DNA from: a bacterium
GTDB lineage: Bacteria > Bacteroidota > Bacteroidia > Bacteroidales > Marinilabiliaceae
DNA: 61,133 nucleotides
Reading direction: 5' to 3'
NCBI GenBank assembly: GCA_963643535.1
Contig: CAVILU010000002.1
Span: forward strand, 6,532 to 67,664
Numbering within the stretch: the first letter of the stretch is position 1; each line of letters opens with the position of its first letter. The position numbers were made by a program, and so were the translations under genes. The notes under the pieces were generated by a model that was not told where the DNA came from, searched no databases, and worked only from the letters and a program-made list of their open reading frames with translations. Positions 11,001 through 18,017 of this stretch are shown here, piece after piece.

Positions 11001-11163
11001 GGCCGACAGTGGTGTCCTCGAGTCGGATATACTCAAGGCTGGCGCACAGGCTGTAGTGGAGGCTCCTCTGTCGGAACACGCGCTCTCAAGGGCTATACTT
11101 CACGTCATGGGCGACGACTTTACTCTGACCCCTTCGGAAGATGTCAGCCGAATAATAGCGTAA
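8020..11163 (+). CDS. Cytoplasmic multi-PAS sensor histidine kinase with degenerate C-terminal receiver-like domain
   Basis: H-box FFNNVSHELRTPLNAIVGF, N-box KLISNAFNAT, G1 DTGSGIP and G2 GAGLGLPICREMA. There are no obvious TM helices. The C-terminal about 130 aa have a receiver-like pattern. Confidence 0.85.
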   Translation: MAGSNPILERLSQSGVFFWDASQSREFEVSESFREFLGLSSCKFGITELRQFLSEEAVESSFRKSGLGENEWHTFWTVGGKDYGMRIVRVKQYYDAKGFRHSIGTATLDNDDSSKSIITPRSLDAPISIFDGNAAGYYQRQMGNGRAATYDLIADMNKAFRSHFPPDVMVSIWEKIGDEFVCVSVAGQIATAQRHDVFHAGFRCKSKVMDLVCKNYGVQMFESLEDYRGVSDREVQGLLDSGWHNGAICTIRSIDSGGAWGFVSCGSIRQRTWRNEEKQRIQLLSDSLSVLMAQTSAYQQVFHNLVISQLACEAGGFSTWQWDVVAHKRTLLLTDGSMLEVPYDLNVHHDDRDAYLAAFADVVEGNKATFSLRLRMRQTASNKTKWFDVMCKAVTYGADGHAESIVGIARDIDEQVRAEEIKQKEVDRRNEIYDKLPAIIAFCDVNGVQKYINQRAVETLGVRSLEDRYGINFFDCPLLTDDQRNLIRTRDSCSIDLIYDFKKIRESGYYRTSRNDSIELTIRSAKLYSGGVMTGYLFVYVDRSLQAAQERRISLLDGFFAEIGRVSKIGVCQFGQGGFVSSQWNHNLAMGDSLVPFRSLASEAADAADLDRVNKAVAELYVNKSGLCTNQVRVRQSDGQHVVNIHCSFSSIVNEVVAISVDVTEQEEREEAIVRALRKSEQVESLRSQFFNNVSHELRTPLNAIVGFSDLIAQTQTEGELARYAAIIRRNNEQLLNLVDGIMELSQLQTGNLRFVRRMIEVDAIVSESFDRMDGRQNQGVQFIATHDPKLRNFRVSLDAVTTTQIVSKLISNAFNATTSGCVMLWATVESDYVYFHVSDTGSGIPDDKLKAIFDVFVKVDEFAVGAGLGLPICREMARQLGGDIGYETTLGKGSHFWLKLPILVAGAPDSSDGGSSHNVVVMPHWQGLSLSVSLLMSRCNVFSCTRSELSKVWMDNRPELAILDVRECPDVILRFIENIRSFGDKYKIIVVNTADSGVLESDILKAGAQAVVEAPLSEHALSRAILHVMGDDFTLTPSEDVSRIIA

Positions 11164-11220
11164 TGCTCCCGACTCCTTATCCACATTCCTGATTCTCAAA
11201 CTCCACACAACCACACTTAT

Positions 11221-12147
11221 ATGTCTCAGCGTCTGCTGCCCGCAGGAGGGCGCATTGCCATAGTATCGCCCTCTGGAGCCCTTGCCGATGAATTTCTTGC
11301 AGGCGGTGTCGGTGCTTTGTGGTCGGCAGGTTATTCTGTGGATGTCATGCCCCATGTGGCGGGTTGCCGGACCAGTGTCTTTTCCGCTTCCGACGACCAG
11401 CGCGCTGCCGACCTTGCCGAGGCTCTCGCCCGCGAGGATGTGGATGTCGTCTGGTGCGCCCGCGGTGGCTATGGTGCCATGCGCACTCTCGAGGCTCTCG
11501 ATGCCTTCGGCGGGTGGCAAAAGGTTATGGGGAATACTGATAAGATTCTTGTGGGATTCAGCGATATCACTGCTTTGCATGCCGCGTCTGCCAGGTGCGG
11601 GCGTTGCGGTCTTCTCGCCCCGATGCTCAAGCATATCTCCAACCATGGGATAGACTCGCCCGATGTCGTGGCTACGCTTTCCCTCCTCCGCGGCGATGGC
11701 TTCTCCCTCTCGCGCCCTGCTATGCCAGGCAGCCGCGATGGCGAGGCCGAGGGAGTCCTGGTTGGTGGCAATCTCTCGATTGTATATTCAATGGCGTCCA
11801 CGCCTCTTATGCCTTCGCCCGACGGGGCAATACTTTTTATCGAGGATCTCTCGGAATACCGCTATCATATCGACCGCATGATTCGCGCGCTCCGTTTTTC
11901 GGGCTTCCTGTCGCGTCTCAATGGCATAATAGTGGGGCAGATGACCGGCATGAAGGATGGTGCCACTGCTTTCGGCTCCGACGCTTTCCAAATAATATCT
12001 GCAGCCGTCGCTGACTATGGATACCCCGTCTTCGTAGGCTATCCGTCGGGCCACGCTCCCGAGGAGAACTATCCTTTGCTCATTGGCGGGCATTGCCGGA
12101 TGAAAGTCGCCGACGGAGTCGGTACTCTCTTTCAGCGGATGGGGTAG
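11221..12147 (+). CDS. ldcA: LD-carboxypeptidase (peptidase S66, muramoyltetrapeptide carboxypeptidase)
   Basis: Nucleophile motif GFSDITALH, C-terminal GYPSGHAPEENYPL (His), length 308 aa. Confidence 0.85.
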   Translation: MSQRLLPAGGRIAIVSPSGALADEFLAGGVGALWSAGYSVDVMPHVAGCRTSVFSASDDQRAADLAEALAREDVDVVWCARGGYGAMRTLEALDAFGGWQKVMGNTDKILVGFSDITALHAASARCGRCGLLAPMLKHISNHGIDSPDVVATLSLLRGDGFSLSRPAMPGSRDGEAEGVLVGGNLSIVYSMASTPLMPSPDGAILFIEDLSEYRYHIDRMIRALRFSGFLSRLNGIIVGQMTGMKDGATAFGSDAFQIISAAVADYGYPVFVGYPSGHAPEENYPLLIGGHCRMKVADGVGTLFQRMG

Positions 12148-12159
12148 GGGAATATAAAA

Positions 12160-12715
12160 TCACATTCCCCAAATATGTATTTCACGGCCGCGATATTCAC
12201 GTGTCTCGTGAAAAATCTTCTCCTCCCAATTCTTATCTTTTGACCTGTCGAAGAGCACAAAGTGACCCTCGCCGCCCGTTCCGCACTTGTCTATATATCC
12301 GCAGGTCTGCTCAAGCCTGCGTTCTATGCATTTCTCCTTGTCGCTGCGTAGTATCTTGAGCTCTATTACAATATATTGCATAGGTCCACCAACCTTGTCT
12401 GTCAACGGCTTGCGCACAAGGATGTCCGTTCGTCCCCTTCCGATGCCGTATTCCCTGTCTATATATCCGCATGGCCTGCCCGCCTTCTACGTTTACGTAC
12501 ACGGCCGTGTACTTCCCGCCCGCGTTCAGATGGTCGCGCAGTGCCATGAGGCTCGAAGTCTTGCCAGACTGGCGCGGGGCGTGGAACTCGAAGTATTTGC
12601 GTTGAGAGATGAGATGCTCCACCTCCTCAAGGTCTATTCGCCTCAAGGGGTCTATCATATAGTTGATGTCGGAACATACGGGTCCCGCCGTGCAAAATGT
12701 CTTCTTTGTCTCCAT
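12160..12715 (-). pseudogene. Decayed AAA-like ATPase / PD-(D/E)XK nuclease gene (large internal deletion plus frameshift)
   Basis: The N-terminal frame reads METKKTFCTAGPVCSDINYMIDPLRRIDLEEVEHLISQRKYFEFHAPRQSGKTSSLMAL...VNVEGGQA (Walker A). At about 12470-12490 it switches frame into ...CGYIDREYGIGRGRTDILVRKP...YIVIELK...HFVLFDRS...IHIWGM (the D...ELK nuclease core). The total is less than half the length I would expect for an intact gene of this type (estimated from memory, not measured). Confidence 0.6.
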
Positions 12716-12894
12716 CCGAGAGTGGGGTGTAGTGTTCAGCAAATATAGCGTTTTCAAAAAGATTATATGCGCCTGTCTTTTAAATCCCCCGATATTCAGC
12801 AACTTACATTTAAACGGCCACTTCGTTAACGCCTCGCTGCGAAAAAAAAGAGAAAAAAACGCCCCGGGGTGTTGGTATTGATAAAATAAACGTC

Positions 12895-12902
12895 TAATTT
12901 TG
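12895..12902 (+). promoter_or_regulatory. Candidate -7 promoter box for the tRNA-Gln array
   Basis: TAATTTTG matches TAnnTTTG. GTTG lies 20 nt upstream (12871-12874). It is about 55 nt upstream of the first tRNA. Confidence 0.4.
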
Positions 12903-12956
12903 TGTCGCAATTCCGCAGGGGACTTCCTTAAATGCCGATGCTTCCCGCAAAACCAT

Positions 12957-13027
12957 TGCCCTATAGTATAAAGGTAGTACAGAAGATTCTGGTTCTTTTA
13001 GTCTGGGTTCGAATCCTGGTGGGGCAA
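12957..13027 (+). tRNA. tRNA-Gln (anticodon CTG)
   Basis: Hand-folded cloverleaf: acceptor TGCCCTA/TGGGGCA (U1-A72), D stem GTAT/GTAC, anticodon stem GAAGA/TCTTT, loop TTCTGGT, T arm CTGGG-TTCGAAT-CCTGG. No encoded CCA. Confidence 0.85.
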
Positions 13028-13077
13028 CTATCTTTCTAACAAGATAGATTATAGGTGGAAGACACCTACTTTTGGCT

Positions 13078-13148
13078 TGATCCATAGTATAATGGCAGTA
13101 CAGGAGATTTTGGTTCTCTTAGTCGAGGTTCGAATCCCCGTGGATCAA
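13078..13148 (+). tRNA. tRNA-Gln (anticodon TTG)
   Basis: Acceptor TGATCCA/TGGATCA, anticodon stem GGAGA/TCTCT, loop TTTTGGT, T arm CGAGG-TTCGAAT-CCCCG. Confidence 0.85.
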
Positions 13149-13159
13149 CTTTTATTTCT

Positions 13160-13230
13160 TGCCCTATAGTATAAAGGTAGTACAGAAGATTCTGGTTCTT
13201 TTAGTCTGGGTTCGAATCCTGGTGGGGCAA
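13160..13230 (+). tRNA. tRNA-Gln (anticodon CTG), copy 2
   Basis: Identical to 12957-13027 (203-bp repeat unit). Confidence 0.85.
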
Positions 13231-13280
13231 CTATCTTTCTAACAAGATAGATTATAGGTGGAAGACACCTACTTTTGGCT

Positions 13281-13351
13281 TGATCCATAGTATAATGGCA
13301 GTACAGGAGATTTTGGTTCTCTTAGTCGAGGTTCGAATCCCCGTGGATCAA
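13281..13351 (+). tRNA. tRNA-Gln (anticodon TTG), copy 2
   Basis: Identical to 13078-13148. Confidence 0.85.
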
Positions 13352-13362
13352 CTTTTATTTCT

Positions 13363-13433
13363 TGCCCTATAGTATAAAGGTAGTACAGAAGATTCTGGTT
13401 CTTTTAGTCTGGGTTCGAATCCTGGTGGGGCAA
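13363..13433 (+). tRNA. tRNA-Gln (anticodon CTG), copy 3
   Basis: Identical to 12957-13027. It is the last member of the array and is followed by a terminator. Confidence 0.85.
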
Positions 13434-13440
13434 CGCAAGA

Positions 13441-13474
13441 AGTGGTTTCAGAGAAATCTGAGACCACTTTTTTG
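13441..13474 (+). terminator. Rho-independent terminator of the tRNA-Gln array
   Basis: agtggtttcaga-gaaa-tctgagaccact hairpin (one G:U) followed by tttttt. Confidence 0.75.
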
Positions 13475-13508
13475 TTATATCCAAACGCCATCTATTCCCT
13501 AATCCCGC

Positions 13509-13550
13509 AAAATAAAAAATCGCCGCCAGCATACAAAATGCCGACGGCGA
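13509..13550 (-). terminator. Rho-independent terminator of kdsB
   Basis: The minus strand has tcgccgtc-g-gcat-tttgt-atgc-t-ggcggcga followed by ttttttatttt. Confidence 0.65.
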
Positions 13551-13555
13551 TAATC

Positions 13556-13590
13556 GTAATTGTCAATTGTGCATTGTCAATTGTCAATTG
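13556..13590. repeat. Heptanucleotide array (gtaattg tcaattg tgcattg tcaattg tcaattg)
   Basis: Five consecutive 7-nt units sit directly after the kdsB stop codon, between the stop and the terminator. Confidence 0.8.
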
Positions 13591-13591
13591 C

Positions 13592-14350
13592 TCAGATGAG
13601 TCCGCGCCTCTTGAGCTCCTCAAGATCCTCGGGCGTGTCGATGCTGAGGCTCTCAAGCTTGGTGGGCAAAACCCTTACGCGGTAGCCGTTCTCAAGCCAA
13701 CGGAGTTGCTCCAGACTCTCGCACTTCTCGAGGTCGCCGGGGGCGAGTTTCGTGAGCTTGTGGAGAGTTGCCGTGCGGTATGCGTAAAGGCCGATATGAT
13801 TCCAATAGTCGTGGCTTGACTGCCAGTCGTGCTCTGCCACGCCGCGGAGGTATGGTATGGGTTGGCGGCTGAAGTAGAGGGCGTCGCCCTGCGCACTGAT
13901 CACCACCTTCGGCTTGTTGGGGTTGAAGAGGTCCTCGCTGTTGTCGGCGTGCTTTACGAGGGTGGCTATCTCCACCGTCGGGTCGTCGAAAGCGCTGGTG
14001 AGTAGGGCCACCTGCTCGGGCTTGATGAATGGCTCGTCGCCCTGGATGTTGACCACTACGTCATACGTGCGTCCGTCCTCAGCCTCGACTTTGCTCACGG
14101 CCTCGGCGCAACGGTCCGTGCCGCTGCGATGGTTGGTGGAAGTCATTACCACGCGGCCTCCGAATGCCATCACTGCCTCGGCTATGCGCGCGTCGTCGGT
14201 GGCTACGGCCACGTTCTTGAGGGTTTTCCTTACTTGTTCATAGACGCGCCTGATCATTGGCTTGCCGCCGATGTCGGCGAGTGGCTTGCCTGGGAAGCGT
14301 GTCGATGCGTAGCGTGCCGGGATGAGGCCGAGTATGTTGTCTTTCTCCAT
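13592..14350 (-). CDS. kdsB: 3-deoxy-manno-octulosonate cytidylyltransferase (CMP-KDO synthetase)
   Basis: IPARYASTRFPGKPL, NIQGDEP and LEQLRWLENG motifs; 252 aa. Confidence 0.95.
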   Translation of the reverse strand: MEKDNILGLIPARYASTRFPGKPLADIGGKPMIRRVYEQVRKTLKNVAVATDDARIAEAVMAFGGRVVMTSTNHRSGTDRCAEAVSKVEAEDGRTYDVVVNIQGDEPFIKPEQVALLTSAFDDPTVEIATLVKHADNSEDLFNPNKPKVVISAQGDALYFSRQPIPYLRGVAEHDWQSSHDYWNHIGLYAYRTATLHKLTKLAPGDLEKCESLEQLRWLENGYRVRVLPTKLESLSIDTPEDLEELKRRGLI

Positions 14351-14555
14351 GTCGAACTGTGTTTTTTGTCTTTTTACTTTTCCGCAAAAATAACTACTTT
14401 TGGCGTTTGCTATCGCTCCGGCGGCCTACTTTTTAGGTCTTGGCACCCTTGCGAGTGCCGTGCTCACTTTCCCGTGGCGATAGACGTTTTTGGCTTCCGC
14501 ATCTCCCCTCTGTTCCTCTTGCGACGGTCATCTCCCCTATCTTTCAATCTGATAT

Positions 14556-15884
14556 ATGGTGGACAATTCTGAGATAAAAGCCCGTTTCGGCATCATCGGC
14601 AACGACCCGGAGTTTCTTCGGGCCATCGATATGGCCGTCCAGGTGGCCCCTATTCAACTCTCCGTGCTTATCATTGGTGAGAGCGGTGCGGGCAAGGAGG
14701 CCTTCCCGCAGATTATCCACGCCTTCAGTGCACGCAAACACAACCCTTTCGTGGCAGTCAACTGCGGCGCGATACCCGAAGGCACCATCGATTCCGAACT
14801 CTTTGGGCATGAGAAAGGAGCCTTCACCGGCGCTCTCAATGAACGAAAAGGATATTTTGAGGAGGCCAACACCGGCACCATCTTCCTCGACGAGATCGGT
14901 GAACTCCCCCTCGCCACGCAAGCCAAGCTCCTCCGTGTCCTCGAAAAAGGCGAGTACATGCGCGTCGGCTCATCCCTCGTCAAGAAGACCGACGTCCGAA
15001 TAGTGGCAGCCACGAATGTCGACCTCGAGAAAGCCATCCAGGCCGGACGCTTCCGCGAGGACCTCTTCTACCGCCTCAATGGCGTCCTCATCCGCATCCC
15101 GCCTCTCCGTAAGCGCAAAGGCGACATACCGCAACTTTTCCACAAGTTCACCTCCGATTTCGCCGACCGCAACCGCATCCCGCCCGTCCGCCTCACACCC
15201 GAGGCTCAAGCAGCCCTCGTCTCATACGAATGGCCGGGCAACATCCGCCAGCTCAAGAACGTAGCCGAGCAACTTACGGTCCTCGCTCCCGAGCGGACTG
15301 TCTCCGAGGAAGCCATCCGACGCTTCATCCCGACGACCCAGCCCACCGTCAAGATGCTACCCCAAGTCGACGGCGCGCATGAGCAAGCCTTTAGCTCCGA
15401 CCGAGAGATCCTCTACAAGATCCTCTTCGACATGCGCAACGACGTCAACGACCTCAAGAAGCTCGTCCTCTCCCTCATCAACAACGATGGCGGCTCCCAA
15501 TCCCTGAGCCAGGAGAGCCTTCAGCTTATGAAGAGAATCTACTCCCCCTCCGACGAGCCGCAGCACAAGGCGACGCCCGAACTCCATCTGGCCGAGTCGG
15601 CTGCCGAACCCATCATTGCGCAATCAGCCGCCACGAGAGTGGACCACCTCTCCACGGGCTCCCTCAAAAACCAGGTGATTGACATCACGCCCGTCCGCCC
15701 CTCCGACGATATTCACGACGCCGAGGAGCTCCGCCCTGTCTCAATCGCCGACAACGAGAAGGAGCTTATCCGCCGTGCCCTCATCAAGAACAAGGGCAGC
15801 CGACGAGTCACGGCCCGCGAACTCCAAATCTCCGAGCGCACGCTCTATCGCAAGATCCATGATTATGGCCTCGATGACCTATAA
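14556..15884 (+). CDS. Sigma-54-dependent transcriptional activator (AAA+ EBP) lacking an N-terminal sensory domain
   Basis: Walker A GESGAGKE, GAFTGA loop (HEKGAFTGAL), Walker B IFLDEIGE, R-finger region and C-terminal Fis-type HTH (RVTARELQISERTLYRKIHDYGL). The AAA+ core begins near residue 10. Confidence 0.85.
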   Translation: MVDNSEIKARFGIIGNDPEFLRAIDMAVQVAPIQLSVLIIGESGAGKEAFPQIIHAFSARKHNPFVAVNCGAIPEGTIDSELFGHEKGAFTGALNERKGYFEEANTGTIFLDEIGELPLATQAKLLRVLEKGEYMRVGSSLVKKTDVRIVAATNVDLEKAIQAGRFREDLFYRLNGVLIRIPPLRKRKGDIPQLFHKFTSDFADRNRIPPVRLTPEAQAALVSYEWPGNIRQLKNVAEQLTVLAPERTVSEEAIRRFIPTTQPTVKMLPQVDGAHEQAFSSDREILYKILFDMRNDVNDLKKLVLSLINNDGGSQSLSQESLQLMKRIYSPSDEPQHKATPELHLAESAAEPIIAQSAATRVDHLSTGSLKNQVIDITPVRPSDDIHDAEELRPVSIADNEKELIRRALIKNKGSRRVTARELQISERTLYRKIHDYGLDDL

Positions 15885-16419
15885 GAATATCAAGAATATA
15901 TTGGCAAGGCTCTCACGCCCGGCTCTCTTCGCCCTCGCCGCAGTCGTTGTGGCGACGCTCTCGGCATGCACCATCTCAATCACCATGAGCGGCGCGTCCA
16001 TCCCTGAGAACCTCCACACCTTCTCGGTCCAGTATATCAACAACCGAGCCCCGCTCGTCAACCCTGAACTCTCCTCGACCCTCACAGAGGGCCTCAAGGA
16101 CCGCATCCAGAACGAGAGCCGTCTGGGCCTCGTCAACGAAAATGGCGATGTCGATTTCTCGGGCGACATCACTGCCTATTCCACCCAGCCTATGGCCCTC
16201 AAGGCCGACGCCGTCTCTGCGCAGACCCGCCTCACCGTGACTTGCAAAATCCGGTGCCGCAACTCCAAGGACCCGCAAAAGGATTGGGAGCAAACTTTCT
16301 CGGCCTACCAGGACTACGACTCCGAGAACAACCTCGCCGATGTGGAGTCCGACCTCGTCGAACTTATTGTCGATGAGATTACTGAGAATATTTTCAATAA
16401 GGCTTTTGCCGACTGGTAA
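15874..16419 (+). CDS. lptE: LptE-like LPS-assembly lipoprotein
   Basis: Signal peptide with lipobox (ATLSAC). Family pattern SGASIP...TFSVQYINNRAP...LSSTLTEGLKDRI...GDITAY...RLTVTCKIR. It overlaps the upstream activator by 11 nt. The start was chosen at the internal ATG of the 15679 ORF. Confidence 0.65.
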   Translation: MTYKNIKNILARLSRPALFALAAVVVATLSACTISITMSGASIPENLHTFSVQYINNRAPLVNPELSSTLTEGLKDRIQNESRLGLVNENGDVDFSGDITAYSTQPMALKADAVSAQTRLTVTCKIRCRNSKDPQKDWEQTFSAYQDYDSENNLADVESDLVELIVDEITENIFNKAFADW

Positions 16420-16455
16420 ACCTTACCGTTACACATCTTTCACGGCCCGATTTTC

Positions 16456-17472
16456 TTGACGCAAGAGCAATTCTATAGCGCCATTGATAACCCCGATGGC
16501 ATAACCCCCGACGTGGTGGACTCCCTGGCCCAGACGGTCAGGCGCTTCCCTTATTTCCACGCCGGCTGGATGCTCTTTGCCAAAGGTCTCCACGACTCCG
16601 GCAGTGCGCATTTCTCTGCCGAACTCAAGAAGGCTTCCATCCACGTCTGGGACCGCGGAGCCCTCTTTTGGCTCGTCAACGGAAGGGATGAGAATGGCGC
16701 GCCACTCCGCAAGTCCCGAACTACGGAGGACCGCAAGCCGCAACTCGCCCCCGTGACCCAAGCTCCTGCTGAGGAGGCTCAGCCCAAAACAACCGAGACG
16801 CAGCCCGTTGTCTCAAATGAAGAAGATGCGCCGACGGAGAATGTACAAAAAGTAGAACAGGAACCCCAAATAGTTCCACCCCCGCAGTCGGAACCTCTTC
16901 TGCCTGAGCCTCAGCCCTCAACCCCGCCATCCGAGAAACGCCCAAAGGCGAAAGTCCTAAGCCCCGTCTCTCCCGTCGCTCCTGACTATTTCTCCGGCGT
17001 GTCCGACGACCTCGGTGAACTCGACCTCGGTTCTCCCGCGCAACCCGCGTCGACCTACGAGCTCACTTATTCCGACGACCATTTGCGCCGCCCAGCCGAG
17101 CGTTACACCTTTGCCGATTGGCTGGATTACGTCTCCGAACGCAGCAATATCAAGGACGAGGAGGCGCAGCAAGATCGCCATACGAAGCAGAACCGTCTGA
17201 TAGATAAGTTCTTGGAAGAACCTGTCGAGCGAATCCAAGCTTCTCCCGCCCGCTCCATTACCCAATCCGACGCCAAACGCATCGAGGAGCAAAGTGTCTC
17301 GGAGAATGACGATATCCTCACAGAGACCCTTGCTTCTATCTACCTGAAACAAAAGCAATTTGACCGTGCTGTAAACATATTTAAAAAGCTTTCTTTGAAA
17401 TATCCCGAAAAAAGTAGTTACTTTGCGTCCCGAATTGCAGATATCCAAAAGCAACAATATTCTAAAATATAA
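16456..17472 (+). CDS. Hypothetical protein, Pro/Glu/Gln-rich centre with a TPR-like C-terminus
   Basis: 338-aa ORF (TTG start in the track, so the start is uncertain). The C-terminal LASIYLKQKQFDRAVNIFKKLSLKYPEKSSYFASRI resembles a TPR unit. Positioned between lptE and secG. Confidence 0.5.
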   Translation: MTQEQFYSAIDNPDGITPDVVDSLAQTVRRFPYFHAGWMLFAKGLHDSGSAHFSAELKKASIHVWDRGALFWLVNGRDENGAPLRKSRTTEDRKPQLAPVTQAPAEEAQPKTTETQPVVSNEEDAPTENVQKVEQEPQIVPPPQSEPLLPEPQPSTPPSEKRPKAKVLSPVSPVAPDYFSGVSDDLGELDLGSPAQPASTYELTYSDDHLRRPAERYTFADWLDYVSERSNIKDEEAQQDRHTKQNRLIDKFLEEPVERIQASPARSITQSDAKRIEEQSVSENDDILTETLASIYLKQKQFDRAVNIFKKLSLKYPEKSSYFASRIADIQKQQYSKI

Positions 17473-17484
17473 CATTACAATAAT

Positions 17485-17880
17485 ATGTTCGACGTAGTCG
17501 TTTGGCTGATGCTCGTTGTCAGCGTCTTTATGATAATCATTGTCCTCGTTCAGCGTTCTAAGGGCGGTGGACTTAACCAGAGCTTCGCAAGCCAGCAGCA
17601 GATTATGGGTGTCCGCAAGTCCACCGACTTCGTCGAGAAGGCTACCTGGACTCTCGCTTGCCTCCTCCTCGTCTTCTCCCTCGCTTCTGTAGCTGTCTTC
17701 CCCTCCGCGTTCTCTTCTAGCGACGAGAGCGGTCTCGACCAGCTCATCGACAACAAGATCGGCAACGAGGCTCAGCAGGCTCCCGCTTTCGACGCGCAGG
17801 CTCCCGTTGAGGATGCCGAGGCTACCACTTCGGAGGCCGCTCCCGCAAGCTCTTCCGAGCAGTCTTCCGACGCTCAGTAA
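17485..17880 (+). CDS. secG: Preprotein translocase subunit SecG
   Basis: N-terminal TM then LVQRSKGGGL motif, a second TM, and a low-complexity tail. Confidence 0.85.
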   Translation: MFDVVVWLMLVVSVFMIIIVLVQRSKGGGLNQSFASQQQIMGVRKSTDFVEKATWTLACLLLVFSLASVAVFPSAFSSSDESGLDQLIDNKIGNEAQQAPAFDAQAPVEDAEATTSEAAPASSSEQSSDAQ

Positions 17881-17939
17881 TATTCTGGAGATAATAGCGT
17901 GACGAGGTTTCTCTACTCCACGCTCCTTCCATAAAAAAC

Positions 17940-17985
17940 GGGGGCGGATGCACATCGGCGTACGATGAGCATCCTCCCCCTTTTG
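17940..17985 (+). terminator. Rho-independent terminator after secG
   Basis: gggggcggatgc ... gcatcctccccc (one mismatch) followed by ttttgctttctttt. Confidence 0.6.
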
Positions 17986-18017
17986 CTTTCTTTTGCGATA
18001 CGCTCAGCTACACATCT

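Larger units (their letters stand above)
12957..13433. repeat. Perfect 203-bp tandem repeat (2.35 units) carrying the tRNA-Gln CTG/TTG pair plus spacers
   Basis: Units 12957-13159 and 13160-13362 read identically by eye, including the spacer hairpins ctatctt-tctaac-aagatag and aggtg-gaaga-cacct. The third unit is truncated after the CTG tRNA. Confidence 0.85.

Noticed and set aside
12894-13085. A 63-aa minus-strand ORF.
   Set aside because: It overlaps two tRNA-Gln genes and their promoter, so it is an artefact of an open frame through tRNA sequence.
12957-13433. A regular repeat/spacer pattern that could be mistaken for a CRISPR array.
   Set aside because: The repeats are about 71 nt and fold into canonical tRNA cloverleaves. 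The spacers are also repeated identically, as expected for a 203-bp tandem unit, and there are no cas genes.
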